Assembly: GCA_964634875.1 (NCBI GenBank)
Contig: CAZWKA010000007.1
Coordinates: 1,649-65,648, forward strand
DNA length: 64,000 nucleotides
Source of the DNA: an uncultured Gammaproteobacteria bacterium
GTDB taxonomy: Bacteria > Patescibacteriota > Patescibacteriia > Magasanikbacterales > GWA2-37-8
Reading direction: 5' to 3'
Part shown: positions 46,750 to 57,482 of the stretch, in pieces
How positions within the stretch are numbered: position 1 is the first letter of the stretch
Layout of the letters: every line of letters begins with the position of its first letter
The notes under the pieces: model-generated
The model's database searches: none
What the model was told of the DNA's origin: nothing
Seen by the model: only the letters and a program-made list of their open reading frames with translations
Made by a program: the position numbers and the translations under genes

Positions 46750-48765
46750 TTAAGACAAAACGAGTTTCTTCTCTTTCTTCTCTTCCTTATACGCCTGGAT
46801 GATATCCCCTTCTTCAACTTTTACCTTACCATCATATTGTACACCACCTTCATTGCCTTCGGGAAGTTCGTTGACTGATTGTTTGCCGCTTTGAAGGGCG
46901 CTGATTTTGCCAAGGCCAATAACCTGACCATCGCGCTTGATGCGGGCTTTGGAGCCTGCAATGAGCTTGCCGCCTTCGACGCGACCACCAACGATCATGG
47001 AATTTTTAGCTGTGCGGAAAATAGCCAAGACTTTGAGGTGACCAAGTTCAGTCGTAATAAATTCAGGGTTGAGCATTTTTTCAAGCTCGTCCTTTACCTC
47101 ATCGAACAAGTCGTAGATGACTTTATACTCTTTGTAGCGGACGCCGGTTTTCTGGATCATTTCCATCGCAATAGGCGTTTTGGTAACGTTGAAAGCGAAC
47201 ACCGTCGCATTTGCTGTTTCGGCCGCCGTGACATCATCGGCCATAATGTTCCCCAGACCCTTACCGATAACACGGACATTGGCTTCATCATTTTTAATTT
47301 TCTCCAAAGAACCAATGATTGCCTCAAGCGACCCTAGGGTATCTGCTTTAATAACTACGTTCAAAACTTTTTTCTGATCTTCTTCGTCATCAGATTCATT
47401 GACTTGAGTGGCGACTTGTTTTTCAGCACCAGTCTGCAGAGTGCGCTTACTCTTCATATTCACAAGCGTCGCTGTGCCAGCCTGGGCAATGTCGAGGATA
47501 TCGCCAACTTGTGGGGCGATTTTGAAACCCAAAATTCTAACCGGAGTGCTAGGTCCGGCTTTGGTAATCGCTTCGGCGCGATAATTTTTGAGCGCGCGAA
47601 CCTTGCCATAAATTTCACCGTTCACGACCAGCGGATCATTGATACTGAGCGTACCCGTTTGAACAAGGATCGTCACGACAGCACCTTCACCTTTGTCAAC
47701 GCGGGCTTCGATAACCGTACCAGCTGCCGGACGGTCCGGATTAGCTTTGATCGTGTCTTTGTATAAATCGGCCACCAAGAGCAAGGCGTCGAGAATTTTA
47801 TCAATATTCAGTTTTTGTTTGGCGGAAATTTCAACCATCACAGTGTCACCACCCCATTCTTGCGGGATAATATTGTATTGTCCAAGCGAAGCGCGCACCC
47901 GCTCAACATCAGCACCTGGTTTATCAATTTTGTTGATTGCAACGATGAAGGGCAATTTGGCGGCCTTAATAATGTTAATCGCTTCTACGGTCTGCGGTTT
48001 GATACCATCATCGGCGGCAACAACCAAAACAGCAATGTCAGCAACCTTGGCTCCACGACTGCGCATAACTGTAAAGGCTTCGTGACCCGGTGTATCAATA
48101 AAAGTAAGCGGGGTTTCTTCTTTAGTAACCGGGTTTGTCCAGATTACCTGGTACGCACCAATGTGCTGAGTGATACCACCAGCTTCGCGGCTCACCACAT
48201 TAGTACTCCGGATCGAGTCAAGAAGTGTTGTCTTACCGTGGTCAACGTGACCCATAACGACAACGACCGGCGCGCGCGGCGTGGTCATGTCACCCGCCAG
48301 CATGGTGGCCAAATTTTCAAGATGCGTATCGACAACTTCGGCTTCAGCGCCGCCTTCAGCGACCGTAAAGCCAAGTTCCTCGGCGAGGAGGACTGCAGTG
48401 TCGTGATCAATATTTTCATTCTGCGTTGCCAAGATACCATTTTTCATGAGCTCCAAAATAAGCTTGTTGATAGGCAGGCTTAATTTTTCAGCTAATTCCT
48501 TTACCGTCAAAACACCTGGAATGGAAACACTGATACCACTTTCCCGGCGCTGTTCTTTTTCGAGTTCTTTTTGTTTTTCTTTTTCAACCCGGTCGCGCTC
48601 CTCTAATACAAATTTGATGCGGCGCCATTCACGCTGGATTTGCTGGGCGACACGGTCATCGATCTTAACGGCGCGGGCGCCAATATCAAAACCAAACTCG
48701 GGCAGAATTTGTAAAAGTTTCTGGGGATGGATGCGGAGGCCGCGGGCCAGTTCGGAGACATTCAT
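46750..48765 (-). CDS. infB: Translation initiation factor IF-2
   Basis: G domain VVVMGHVDHGKTTLLD, DTPGHEAF, NKID, and C-terminal beta-barrels. Confidence 0.9.
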   Translation of the reverse strand: MNVSELARGLRIHPQKLLQILPEFGFDIGARAVKIDDRVAQQIQREWRRIKFVLEERDRVEKEKQKELEKEQRRESGISVSIPGVLTVKELAEKLSLPINKLILELMKNGILATQNENIDHDTAVLLAEELGFTVAEGGAEAEVVDTHLENLATMLAGDMTTPRAPVVVVMGHVDHGKTTLLDSIRSTNVVSREAGGITQHIGAYQVIWTNPVTKEETPLTFIDTPGHEAFTVMRSRGAKVADIAVLVVAADDGIKPQTVEAINIIKAAKLPFIVAINKIDKPGADVERVRASLGQYNIIPQEWGGDTVMVEISAKQKLNIDKILDALLLVADLYKDTIKANPDRPAAGTVIEARVDKGEGAVVTILVQTGTLSINDPLVVNGEIYGKVRALKNYRAEAITKAGPSTPVRILGFKIAPQVGDILDIAQAGTATLVNMKSKRTLQTGAEKQVATQVNESDDEEDQKKVLNVVIKADTLGSLEAIIGSLEKIKNDEANVRVIGKGLGNIMADDVTAAETANATVFAFNVTKTPIAMEMIQKTGVRYKEYKVIYDLFDEVKDELEKMLNPEFITTELGHLKVLAIFRTAKNSMIVGGRVEGGKLIAGSKARIKRDGQVIGLGKISALQSGKQSVNELPEGNEGGVQYDGKVKVEEGDIIQAYKEEKKEKKLVLS

Positions 48766-48962
48766 GAGAAAAAGGTTGAAGTTGAGTAAATTATTGCGTA
48801 AGTATAGCCTAGCCTCGCCAAAAGGTCAATAAACAAGGAAGGTGCCCCGCTTTTAGGATATGACTTTAAATTATGAATCCTATCTTGACCGATGGGCACT
48901 TTTATGATCTTCTAGACTATACGCTTCGCCAAATGTTTCACTGACCATCAAGGAGTTGAACC

Positions 48963-49475
48963 ATGACCCGATTATTCCTGCTATCCGGTTGTCTCACGCT
49001 TGTGCTGGCCTGCTCGGCAACAAGCCCGTTGCCTCCTACCGAAGTGGCGCCTGGGATCCCTCCCGCACACATGAACGCTCCTGACGACCAGGACTACAAC
49101 ACCCCGATGAACCAGCTCGTCTTGCACCGGGACATCATCTGCGGCGGCAATCCCCAATCTTTTGACCTGCTGCGGTGCATGCGCCTGGAGATCGAGGTTG
49201 GCTTGCGGTGCGGCCAAAAAGGCCGACTCGAGTCAGGCATAAACGGCAAGGACGAGAACCTCGACTGCCTGGTGCTTGCCAAAGATAAGCCCTACAGATT
49301 CGCTCTCGGCACCCTTGATGAGCGAGTTCCCGAATGCGCCGGAGGTAGTTGGCGGACTGACGTAGAGTGTAAAGCCGTCCTCAAGGCAGGCGCGTTCTAC
49401 TGTGGCCGGCACCTCGACCATCCCGAAACATCGCTGCCCGAGTTCTGCAGCGTGCTCACGCAACACCTGCCGTAA
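48963..49475 (+). CDS. Cysteine-rich lipoprotein, hypothetical. GC-rich foreign cassette.
   Basis: AAGGAG 8 nt upstream. Lipobox LLSGC. 12 Cys. Confidence 0.6.
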   Translation: MTRLFLLSGCLTLVLACSATSPLPPTEVAPGIPPAHMNAPDDQDYNTPMNQLVLHRDIICGGNPQSFDLLRCMRLEIEVGLRCGQKGRLESGINGKDENLDCLVLAKDKPYRFALGTLDERVPECAGGSWRTDVECKAVLKAGAFYCGRHLDHPETSLPEFCSVLTQHLP

Positions 49476-49887
49476 AAAGATCTTTTTCCTAGTTCCAAGC
49501 CCCCGACCATCACTCCTTTCGTCGTAAAAACCAGTGACCCCGCGCTCGCTCTGAGAAGCTTGAGCGCACCTTCTCCAAACACCCTTTAGCATAGAAGTAT
49601 TTTAAGGATGTTAGGAACAGGTTCAATAAATACCCTAATTTAAGCCATTTTAGCTTAACCACGGCGAAACACCCTTGACAAAATGCTCAAAATGTGCTAG
49701 GATTGTTCGTTCCTGAAAAAGATCAGGAAGTTCTTTTAAATAGTGGCTGATGCCGTAAAACCCTTTAGGGATAGAGGTTTCTACGGCATTTGCCAAACAA
49801 CCATTTCAGGGAGGCGGAAAAACCAAAATTCCACTGCCTTGAGACCCAACGTCGACCAAACGAACTTTTTCGGAGGAACCTGAACAT

Positions 49888-51043
49888 GAAGAACGCACAC
49901 CTGACGACCCTCGCCGCGCTCGCCCAGCGACTGAGCTCCCTGCTCATCCTGGCGGCGCTCAGCGCTTGCTTCGACTTCGGCGCCCTCGTGGGGCCGTGCC
50001 AGCCGAACTCCACCGCCCCGGGGTGCGTCAGCCCCCCGGACATCGCGTGCGAGGAGCCCGACGACTGCATCGGCAGCCGCCTCACCACGGTCTGCCAGGG
50101 CGGCCGCTGCCGCTCCACCGCGACGGGGAAGTGCAACAGCACCGTGAACTGCGCGAGCGGCCTCGAGTGCAACTCGGGCTCCTGCAAGGAGCCCATGAGC
50201 ATGATGCCCGACATGGGCACGGTCGACCCCAAGACCTGCCAGAATGAGAAGAACTGCGCGCCCGGCGCCGCGTGCACCGACCAGGCGCAGTGCCTCTCCG
50301 GCATCTGTGAGACCGGCACCTGCCGGGCGAAGCTCACCGAGACCTGCAAGGAGCACAACGAGTGCCAGGCCAGCCTGACCTGCGGGCCGAACAAGACCTG
50401 CCAGGCCAGCGGAGGCGCCGCGTGCACCGACCAGGCGCAGTGCCTCTCCGGCATCTGCAAGACCGGCACCTGCCGCGGCAAGGTCGGCGACGGCTGCACC
50501 ACGGCCGCGACCGACTGCGATGACAACCTCATCTGCCCGTCGGGCACCCGCAAGTGCACGGTGCCCACCCTGCCCAAGTGCACGGTCGGCACGCAGCTCG
50601 ACGGCCCCACCAACCCCTGCGGTGGCGACCAGACCAACACGGTGTGTTCGCCGCTCGACAAGTGTGGCGTTGATCGGTACGTCAGCAAGGCGGCCGACTG
50701 TGACCTCACGAAGGCCCCGATGTTCGCCGGCAACCCCGGCGGCAAGGGCGTCTGCGCCGTGGGTGTCAAGCAGTACATGTTCATCCAGAACAAGGGCGAC
50801 GCGACCAAGGTGTCCGTGATCGCGACCCCGCCCCGCACCATCGCCGACCCGGCCGACGGGTCGTTCTACACCTTCAACGACACGGAATTCGTCTCGGCCT
50901 TCGCGGCGAACGGCGGCGACCAGACCACCACGATCGCGTTCTGCTACAACACCAAGTGGAACGCCATCGGCAAGGGCGAGTCCCCGGCCTACGTGTGCGG
51001 CGGACCCAACAAGTGCTGCAGCAGCGCCGTCACCCCTCCGTAG
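49888..51043 (+). CDS. Lipoprotein with tandem Myxococcus-type cysteine-rich repeats (385 aa). Very GC-rich.
   Basis: GGAGGAA 7 nt upstream. Lipobox ALSAC. Duplicated CTDQAQCLSGICxTGTCR units fit a Cx2Gx2Cx2GxC pattern. The overlapping antisense ORFs 49765..50841 and 49781..50356 are artefacts. Confidence 0.65.
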
Positions 51044-51219
51044 GCTGAGGCTGCCTCACACCTACCCAATCGCTCCTTCCGCAGCCCCACGGCTGCCATC
51101 CTACCACCGGCGCGCCTCGACTCTGTCGAGCGCGCGCCACTTCCCATTATCGTTTTACTTTGTAGAAAAATAATGGGAGCGCCTTCCACCAACCGCCCTT
51201 CGACAAAAAGGAGCCCGAA

Positions 51220-51748
51220 CATGCGACTGATCCAGACCCTTTTTTTTGCCAGTTTTGTCTTGTTGCTCGGCTGCGCGACGCCCCAGGTGGCGTCGCCGCC
51301 GGTCGAACACCCCGCCACGTTGGGCGGCGAGCCGGTCGCCAACGGTAGCTGGGACGCCCAGCAGGAGGCGGATCGCGAGACGAGTGAGCGCATGGAGCGG
51401 TACAGGCTCCAGGACGACCTGATCCAGAACCGAATCGCCTTCATCTGCCCCGACGCCGATGGAAGCGAGAAGACCTCCACTCTGACGCCGGAGCGCTGCC
51501 AGCTGACAATGTCTGCCTGGCACGATAACTTCAAGATGCGGCGCGAGTGGTGCCGCCGCGTTAGCGACGGGAAGTGCAACTACCACGTCGACTTCCTCTT
51601 GTGCCAGGTGACGAACCCGCCGTGGAAGACGTCGGCCTGCGACGAAGAAGGGGCACAGTTCATCAAGAACTACCCCGAGCTCGGCGACGATAGCAAGGCG
51701 TACCACGAGCGACGCCCCGACCCGGGCTCCGACGTCTACTACCCGTAG
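51220..51748 (+). CDS. Cysteine-containing lipoprotein, hypothetical. GC-rich foreign cassette.
   Basis: AAAGGAG 7 nt upstream. Lipobox LLLGC. Confidence 0.6.
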
Positions 51749-51854
51749 ACCCAAACCCCACCCCACCAGTCGAGCGTTCCTGCCCCCGGCAGTGCAACGC
51801 TCCTGGCTTCCCCCTTTGCCAAGAAACCAAAGTTTATCGGCAGAGCAGGAAGGT

Positions 51855-51883
51855 TTGACACTCCACCCCTCCCCTGGTATACT
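51855..51883 (+). promoter_or_regulatory. Promoter-like TTGACA-N17-TATACT, 260 nt upstream of rny
   Basis: TTGACA at 51855, TATACT at 51878. The same ggTATACTtgg context as at 26669-26678. Confidence 0.4.
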
Positions 51884-52142
51884 TGGTTCAGTTACTTTAA
51901 TTTATAAAGATTTTTGAGCGAAAACTCTGGTTAGAAAAAAGTCCGAAATTTCCTTACTTTCACAGCATTTCGTAACTTATTTATGTCATTTACTCCTCAC
52001 ATTCTAAGAGAAAATCTCCCTTGGAAAGCGGCTTTAGCCGTCAGAGTGTTGTAATTGGCCTAAAATCTTCTAACCCACGGGGTCTCTTGTGAGACCTCTA
52101 TACGAGTAATCCTCATTAATCCTGAGGTTTTTTTATTTTTAT

Positions 52143-53675
52143 ATGGTAATCAAATACATTATCGCCGGCGTTATTGCCCTGGTCGGTACTGGTTTAGGCC
52201 TCCTTATTGGGTACATGCTCAGAAAGAAGATTGCCCAAGCCGAAGCAAATTCAATCGAAGCTCGAGCTGAAAAGCTCCTCATCGAAGCCAAGAACAAACA
52301 GCAAGAAATCTTGCTTGAAGGAAAAGAAAAAGCCACTAAAGTGCTTGATGAAGCCAAGCAAGAAGAAAAACAGATCCGCCAAGAACTCCGCACCATCCAA
52401 GAGCGCTTAGAGCGCCGCGAAACCACCTTTGACCAAAAACTCCTTGAGTTCCAAGCCCAAGAAAAGCAACTCTTAGAAAAGATTGAACGCGTTAAACAGA
52501 TTAAAGTAGAAATTGAAGGCCTTAAAGAAGAACAGATGCTCAAACTCCAACAAGTTGCTGCCTTGACCCGGGACGAAGCCAAGGATCAATTGCTGGTTAA
52601 AATAGAGGAACAAAGCAAGACGGATCTCATGGGCCGTATCATTAAACTGGAAAAAGAATCCTCCGAAGTTTTTGAAGATAAAGCCCGCGACATTATCACC
52701 GACGCGATCCAGCGCTGTGCCAGCAGCCACGCTGCCGAAACTACTTCGTCGATCGTCCACATCCCAAGCGAAGAAATGAAGGGACGTATTATCGGTAAAG
52801 AAGGCCGCAACATCAAGACGATTGAAAAACTGACCGGTTGCGAAATTATTATTGACGACACCCCGGAATCAATTATCGTTTCCGGCTTCTCCCCTATCCG
52901 CCGACAAGTTGCGAAACTCGCGATCGAAAAACTGATTGCTGACGGCCGCATCCAACCCGCCCGCATCGAAGAATTTGTTGAAAAAGCCAAACAGGATTTA
53001 GCGCTCGACATTAAAAAAGCTGGTGAAGAGGCGCTCTATAAAATGGGTATTACAGGTATTGATCCCAAACTCGTTAACATTGTTGGCCGCCTCAAGTACC
53101 GCACGAGTTATGGCCAGAACATCATGAACCACTCCACCGAAGTGGGCTACCTCGCCGCCCTGATCGCAGCCGAACTGGGTCTCGATGAAGCGAAAGCTAA
53201 GAAATGTGGTTTCTTCCACGATATTGGTAAATCAGTTGACCAAGAAACCCAAGGGTCGCATCCTGAGATTGGGCACATGATCCTCAAGAAGTTTAATATG
53301 GACGAGGATATCTGCCAGGCCGCACTCACCCATCACAACGACAAGCCATACAATATTTATTCTTCGGTTGCAAAAGCTGCTGACGCTATTTCCGGCGCCC
53401 GCGTTGGTGCCCGGCGCGACACCTACGAACAATACATTACCCGTCTCGAAGACCTCGAAAAAACTGCCGGCTCCTTCCCTGGTATCGAAAAAGTGTATGC
53501 TATCCAGGCTGGTCGTGAAGTTCGTGTGTTTGTCCGTCCGAATGAAATTGACGATTACGCTGCTTATCAACTAGCCAAAGATATCGCCCACAAAATTGAA
53601 CAAGAACTTAAGTACCCAGGAGAAATTCGCGTGTCACTGATTCGCGAGACCCGCGTGATTGAATACGCCCGCTAA
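52143..53675 (+). CDS. rny: Ribonuclease Y
   Basis: N-terminal TM, coiled coil, KH domain (GRIIGKEGRNIK) and HD domain (FFHDIGK). Confidence 0.9.
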   Translation: MVIKYIIAGVIALVGTGLGLLIGYMLRKKIAQAEANSIEARAEKLLIEAKNKQQEILLEGKEKATKVLDEAKQEEKQIRQELRTIQERLERRETTFDQKLLEFQAQEKQLLEKIERVKQIKVEIEGLKEEQMLKLQQVAALTRDEAKDQLLVKIEEQSKTDLMGRIIKLEKESSEVFEDKARDIITDAIQRCASSHAAETTSSIVHIPSEEMKGRIIGKEGRNIKTIEKLTGCEIIIDDTPESIIVSGFSPIRRQVAKLAIEKLIADGRIQPARIEEFVEKAKQDLALDIKKAGEEALYKMGITGIDPKLVNIVGRLKYRTSYGQNIMNHSTEVGYLAALIAAELGLDEAKAKKCGFFHDIGKSVDQETQGSHPEIGHMILKKFNMDEDICQAALTHHNDKPYNIYSSVAKAADAISGARVGARRDTYEQYITRLEDLEKTAGSFPGIEKVYAIQAGREVRVFVRPNEIDDYAAYQLAKDIAHKIEQELKYPGEIRVSLIRETRVIEYAR

Positions 53676-53798
53676 AATGAGCTGTGGAAAAGTGTGCTTG
53701 GCTGAGCATAGCCAAAAAAAGACGACCGTGATATAGTAGCCGTATCATTACTCAGGCCTCAAGGTCACATACTTGAGTCCTCTAAAAAGAATGGATCT

Positions 53799-54074
53799 AT
53801 GAACAAAGCAGAATTGGCCCAAACTTTGGCCGAAAAACTGAACGTTTCAAAACGTGAAGCCGAAGATATGCTTAACTTATTGGTCGAAACAATCACTATG
53901 ACCCTTAAGAAAGGCGAAGAAGTTGTGTTAACTGGTTTTGGCGCTTTCAGTGCCAAGCAACGCGCAGCTCGCACCGGTGTTAACCCACAGAATCCTTCAC
54001 AAAAAATCCAGATCCCAGCCGTTATGGTTCCTAAATTTAAAGCTGGCAAAGCCCTCAAAGACGCCCTCAAATAA
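53799..54074 (+). CDS. hup: DNA-binding protein HU
   Basis: MNKAELAQTLAEKL...GFGAF...PKFKAGKALKDA. Confidence 0.9.
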   Translation: MNKAELAQTLAEKLNVSKREAEDMLNLLVETITMTLKKGEEVVLTGFGAFSAKQRAARTGVNPQNPSQKIQIPAVMVPKFKAGKALKDALK

Positions 54075-54263
54075 TTATTACGGACAGTAAAGATCCTCCC
54101 GCTTGTCGGGGGGATTTTTTTATCTCCTTGCTATATTGACAAAAACCACAATCTCACATATACTGAACTGTTTCTTAGCCAGTCGCTCGGGAAATTTCCT
54201 AACCACCTTTTTTGGGTTGGTCAGGGTTCGCCCCGGCTGACTAGGAACACAGGAGGAACGCTA

Positions 54264-55451
54264 ATGTTCAAAGGAAAGATAGAAATTACGGCCATGGTCT
54301 TTGCCGTGCTCGCCGATGAGCGGTTGGGTCTGACGGCCGAACTACAACGGGCCCGCGATGAAGCGGCGGATGCGCAGAAGATCGGCAAGATCGAGAGTTC
54401 GCTGTCCGGCAACCGGGACGAGTGGTTCCGACGGCTCGACAATCTCGAGACGACCACCTTCGACAGGATCGACCTGCCGAAGGACGAGCTGCTCGCGATC
54501 TTCATGGCGGATCTTGCCATAGCGGAAGAGCACACACCCTGCAGTAATGGGTGGGGGCTCGACATGGCCATCCAGATGGTCGAGCAGCGGCTTAGCCCGG
54601 CGCACGGACGCCTGGCAGCCATCTGGCGCATGACCCTCGACGGACTCGCCGAGCGGAACGCCCCACTCGACGCCATGCTCATCACGAAGCTGGCGATCTT
54701 GAACGCCATCCGGCGCGAGCAAACGCCCGATCAACCGGCTATCGACAGTCTCATCAACGAGATCAAGAGTGCTGCGCTCCAGATCGACGAGGCAAAGCGT
54801 CGGAGCCGCGTGCTCTCGTGGCTGCTTCGGCAGGCCGGCATCGTCGCTCGCCGCACTGGCAACTACCCTCTGGCCAGTGAGATGCAGGAGCTGGCGGCCG
54901 AAACCGCCACCGACCGGGCGAACAAAACGATGTACCGCTTCCTCAGCCTGGTCGAACAGCACAACCAGGCGGTGTTCACGGGGAGCGACAACACCCCGTT
55001 CACCGCCCAGGCTCTCGATGACGCCTACGACGACGTCATGGAGGCCATGGGCAAGGGGCACGACTGGGCACCGAACCCCCCGATTCATGTCGTCTGGGCC
55101 TGGTGGCTCGCCGATCTGAGAGGTCCTCAGGACGAGGTGCTCATCGAGCAGACCATCGGCCTCAGCGGCAAGCAGGCCGAAGTCTTCGTGGACTGGATCA
55201 CCCTCATCCAGGCCATCCGGGCCGAGCGCCACGGTGACCACATCGCTGCCACCGAGTTCGCTCTCCGGATCATCGAGACGGCCAAGGGCGACGAGATCCG
55301 TGCGAGCGCCTACGTGCTCCTCGGCAACCTCGCCGTCACCGAGGACGAGCAGGCCAGCTACTACCTTCTGGGCAGCCGCGCCAACAAGAGCGAGGGCCAC
55401 CAGGTGGCCAAGCTCGCCGAGCGCAAGCTGCAGTCGCTGCTGCAGCGCTAA
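54264..55451 (+). CDS. Hypothetical all-alpha cytoplasmic protein (395 aa). GC-rich foreign cassette.
   Basis: AGGAGG 8 nt upstream. The antisense ORF 54342..55400 is an artefact. Confidence 0.55.
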   Translation: MFKGKIEITAMVFAVLADERLGLTAELQRARDEAADAQKIGKIESSLSGNRDEWFRRLDNLETTTFDRIDLPKDELLAIFMADLAIAEEHTPCSNGWGLDMAIQMVEQRLSPAHGRLAAIWRMTLDGLAERNAPLDAMLITKLAILNAIRREQTPDQPAIDSLINEIKSAALQIDEAKRRSRVLSWLLRQAGIVARRTGNYPLASEMQELAAETATDRANKTMYRFLSLVEQHNQAVFTGSDNTPFTAQALDDAYDDVMEAMGKGHDWAPNPPIHVVWAWWLADLRGPQDEVLIEQTIGLSGKQAEVFVDWITLIQAIRAERHGDHIAATEFALRIIETAKGDEIRASAYVLLGNLAVTEDEQASYYLLGSRANKSEGHQVAKLAERKLQSLLQR

Positions 55452-55611
55452 CCCTGCGCCACCACCCTTCCTTTCACAATGGCCGACCGGGCGGCCATCT
55501 CTTCATTCTTGAAAAATACTTTTCACGAGTGAAGATATCCTGACGCTGTTGGGATGCAGATTTCTCTACCTACTTTGCTTACCCAAAAAGATTGAGTATA
55601 CTCAAGGGCGT

Positions 55612-56427
55612 ATGAACCCCACTCAATTTCGCCAAAAAATTTATGCTTACGCTGCTAGCGCAAATCGCCAGCTCCCCTGGCGTGAAACCACCGACCCTTA
55701 CAAAATTTTGGTTTCGGAAATCATGCTCCAGCAAACTCAAGCTGAACGCGTGATTCCAAAATATAAAGCCTTTATTAAACAATTTCCCACTTTCAAAAAA
55801 CTAGCCAACGCAAAACTTCCTGACCTCCTAAGCGCTTGGCAGGGGCTTGGCTACAACCGTCGCGCACTGTCACTCCAAAAAGCTTCCAAAATAGTTATTC
55901 AAAAATACAAAGGAAAAGTACCTAACGATCCCGAACTCCTCAAAGAACTTCCTGGTATCGGACCGGCTACAGCAGCATCGATCGTTGTCTACGCTTTTAA
56001 CCTGCCATTTGTTTTTATTGAAACAAATGTACGCACGGTTTTTATTCATTCTTTTTTTTCGAACCGAACTGATGTTACTGATACTGAGCTACTTCCAATT
56101 ATCACCAAAATGTTAGATCGAGGTAACCCACGTAAATGGTATAATGCGCTCATGGATTATGGGGTTATGCTCAAAAAAACCCATAAAAACCCCAGTCGCG
56201 CGAGCGCCCACCATACCAAGCAATCCACCTTTAAAGGGTCTCTCCGGCAGGTGCGTGGACGAATTATAAAAATAATTACACATAAAAAAAATAGTACCCT
56301 CGAGGAACTTACTAAAGAAACCATTGATCTGCCACAAGCATCGTCCGATACCTTGGATACACTTATTACTCAGCTTGAGAAAGAAGGTTTTTTAAAAAGG
56401 AAAGGCACACGGATCAGTATTGCCTAA
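55612..56427 (+). CDS. HhH-GPD superfamily base-excision glycosylase (MutY/Nth-like)
   Basis: Helix-hairpin-helix segment LPGIGPATAASIVVYAF followed by the catalytic Asp in NALMDYG. The start was chosen at MNPTQF. Confidence 0.7.
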   Translation: MNPTQFRQKIYAYAASANRQLPWRETTDPYKILVSEIMLQQTQAERVIPKYKAFIKQFPTFKKLANAKLPDLLSAWQGLGYNRRALSLQKASKIVIQKYKGKVPNDPELLKELPGIGPATAASIVVYAFNLPFVFIETNVRTVFIHSFFSNRTDVTDTELLPIITKMLDRGNPRKWYNALMDYGVMLKKTHKNPSRASAHHTKQSTFKGSLRQVRGRIIKIITHKKNSTLEELTKETIDLPQASSDTLDTLITQLEKEGFLKRKGTRISIA

Positions 56428-56530
56428 AATCCCTAAACCCTTGATTTTTTTGTGGTTTTAGTGTATAAAAAAAGCATACCCTTATTACTTCGCACCTTAA
56501 AAACCAGCAACACAACCGGGAGGTGCTCGT

Positions 56531-57007
56531 ATGGACCACCGAAAGCCGCTAACTGTTACTTCATCCTGGACAGAGTCCCTAGAGCTGGCAACAGCGACCG
56601 TCTCGCTCTTCGCCATGCTCTTCGGCATCGTCTGGTATATGGGTGCTAGCGCTGAAGCCCACTGGATCAGCCCGCCGCTACTGTGGCACCACAATGCGGT
56701 CGGTAAGCCAACCGACTTTTGGTGGTTCCAGGGAGCGTGTGCCACCCTGCTCTACCTCGGCGCCGGGATTGCCTTCTTCTGGTCGTTCATGCGGATCCTC
56801 GCCCGTCACCAGACCAAGGAGAAGCAGCGGATCGCCGACCAGGTCGTCGCTGAGGCGCAATGGGACAAATTGTACGAGTCTTTCTTCACTTCCCCACGCC
56901 CACCCGCCCTCAGTTCAGTGGAGATGGAGACTCACCAACTACCCGTAGCGACTCCAAAGCGACGGACACGTCGTCCGGGGCGCAGAAAAGCAGCCAGAGC
57001 AGCGTAG
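56531..57007 (+). CDS. Hypothetical two-TM membrane protein with a basic C-terminal tail. GC-rich cassette.
   Basis: GGGAGGTG 6 nt upstream. TM helices TATVSLFAMLFGIVWYM and ATLLYLGAGIAFFWSF. Confidence 0.5.
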   Translation: MDHRKPLTVTSSWTESLELATATVSLFAMLFGIVWYMGASAEAHWISPPLLWHHNAVGKPTDFWWFQGACATLLYLGAGIAFFWSFMRILARHQTKEKQRIADQVVAEAQWDKLYESFFTSPRPPALSSVEMETHQLPVATPKRRTRRPGRRKAARAA

Positions 57008-57180
57008 ACAGGCTCTTTCTTATCTTCGTTCCCCGCGGCCAGCATTCTAGCTCGCCGCTTCAACCCTGTAGACACCTTCACCTTGAAGGTGTCTAGCGGA
57101 CTGAATAGTCACCCAAAAATTGACAGCTTACCCTGGCCGTGGTACTATGGAGGCGTTCTGAACTATCTCTTTTTTGTTCT

Positions 57181-57399
57181 ATGAAAGAAAACCTATACAA
57201 CATTTCTCAGCTTGTTTTAGCCATTTTACTCATTATTGTCGTCCTACTCCAACAAAAAGGCGGCGGCTTGGGTGCGGCTTTTGGTGGTTCCAGCAATGTT
57301 TACAGCACCAAACGCGGCGTTGACAAAATACTCCATTATTCGACTATTGTTGTTAGCGTACTTTTCTTCGGCTTGTCCTTAGTCCGCCTTATCTTCTAA
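57181..57399 (+). CDS. secG: Preprotein translocase subunit SecG
   Basis: LVLAILLIIVVLLQQKGGGLGAAFGG signature. Confidence 0.8.
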   Translation: MKENLYNISQLVLAILLIIVVLLQQKGGGLGAAFGGSSNVYSTKRGVDKILHYSTIVVSVLFFGLSLVRLIF

Positions 57400-57482
57400 A
57401 TTGCCTTGGTTCGAGGCCTCTTAGAACGCCAGACACAACCTGGCTCCGGCAAACAGCCTCCCTCCAATAACCTTCTTCCCTC

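Noticed and set aside
49765-50841. 358-aa and 191-aa minus-strand ORFs, plus the +2-frame ORFs 49966..50247 and 50520..50819, inside the 385-aa lipoprotein gene
   Set aside because: They are GC-driven antisense or off-frame ORFs with Arg/Ala/Pro-rich low-complexity translations and no start signals.
54342-55400. 352-aa minus-strand ORF overlapping the 395-aa plus-strand gene
   Set aside because: It is a typical antisense artefact composition (L/V/G/R/A-rich). The plus-strand ORF has AGGAGG at correct spacing.
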